The translations under genes were made by a program, and so were the position numbers. Of a stretch of DNA of 64,000 bases, positions 63,370 to 64,000 are shown piece after piece. The notes beneath the pieces are model-generated. The model was not told where the DNA came from, did no database searches, and was given only the letters and a program-made list of their open reading frames with translations. Source of the stretch: Camelus dromedarius (taxonomy: Eukaryota); assembly GCF_036321535.1 (NCBI RefSeq), contig NC_087438.1, positions 5,086,001 through 5,150,000 of the forward strand, in the 5' to 3' direction. Position 1 is the first letter of the stretch. Every line of letters starts with the position of its first letter.

Positions 63370-63610
63370 ATGCCTGGTGAAAAGAGCTTCAGTTTTGGAG
63401 CCGAAAAGACTTGAGCTCAAATCCCAGTTGTGGTTGAAATGGTTGTATGGGTTTTAGCAAGTGACGTAGCTTCGCTGACCATCCATCTGTTTACTTGTCT
63501 GTAAATAGGGCCAATGACAGAACTGGACTGAGGACTGGGTACTGTGTGTATATGATTCCTAGCTGAGTGCTTGGCCCATGTTAGGTGTTCAATAAATGTA
63601 GCCATTCATT
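63370..63610 (+). mobile_element. MIR SINE
   Basis: ttttggagccgaaaagacttgagctcaaatcccag...tctgtaaataggg...tgcttggcccatgttaggtgttcaataaatgtagccatt. Confidence 0.75.
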
Positions 63611-63683
63611 AGGTTATAGCTTTTCTGGGGTTTTTCCTGTCTCTCTGTGGCTTATTTTTTGTTGTAAGTAACACACACATAAC

Positions 63684-64000
63684 TTTTTTTTAAATCGAAG
63701 TACAGTCAGTTATAATGTATCAATTTCTGGTGTACAGCACAATGTCCCAGTCATGCATGTATATATACATATATTCATTTTCATATTCTTTTCATTAAAG
63801 GTTATTACAAGATGTTGAATATAGTTCCATGTGCTATACAGCAGAAATTTGTTTTTCAATCTATTTTTATATATAGTGGCTAACATTTGCACATCTCAGA
63901 CTCCCAAATTTATCCCTTCCCACCCCCTTCCCCCGGTGACCATAAAATTGTTTACTATGTGTGAAATACCATATGGTACCACTCATACATAGAATCTTAA
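63684..64000 (-). mobile_element. Young L1 3' end, antisense, switching to sense orientation at about 63964 (runs off the window)
   Basis: Poly-T, aatcgaagtacagtcagttataatg...ctcccaaatttatcccttccc; last ~37 nt (aaataccatatggtaccactcatacatagaatcttaa) read as sense L1 3'UTR. Confidence 0.85.

Larger units (their letters stand above)
47430..64000 (+). other. ADCY2: Intron downstream of the ADCY2 exon (continues beyond the window)
   Basis: Starts GTGAGA; no further ADCY2 coding sequence recognisable; repeat-rich. Confidence 0.85.

Overview
This is mammalian genomic DNA, most likely camelid (alpaca, vicuna or camel). The inference rests on five copies of a tRNA-Ala-derived SINE resembling the camelid vic-1 family and on artiodactyl-type L1 3' ends. 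The only protein-coding sequence I can support is one 162-nt, phase 0/0 internal exon on the + strand (47268-47429) encoding VSFFLFIIFVVYTMLPFNMRDAIIASVLTSSSHTIVLSVCLSAAPGAKEHLVWQ. I recognise this from memory as exon 3 of adenylate cyclase 2 (ADCY2, first transmembrane cluster). The rest is two very long introns filled with L1, L2, MIR, MaLR/ERV LTRs, hAT MITEs, SINEs and microsatellites; the other ORFs are chance or decayed L1 frames. I found no new multi-gene system. The best second-look items are: (1) an old diverged ~270-bp local duplication whose first copy was split by an L1; (2) a closely spaced inverted SINE pair, a candidate dsRNA/ADAR substrate; (3) two L1 insertions with twin-priming 5' inversions; (4) a solo ERV1-type LTR with a nested young L1; (5) a tandem UGCAUG (RBFOX-motif) array upstream of the exon; (6) a MIR-derived AG|GTGAG recursive-splice-like motif. 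Repeat subfamily names and old-repeat boundaries were assigned by eye and are approximate.
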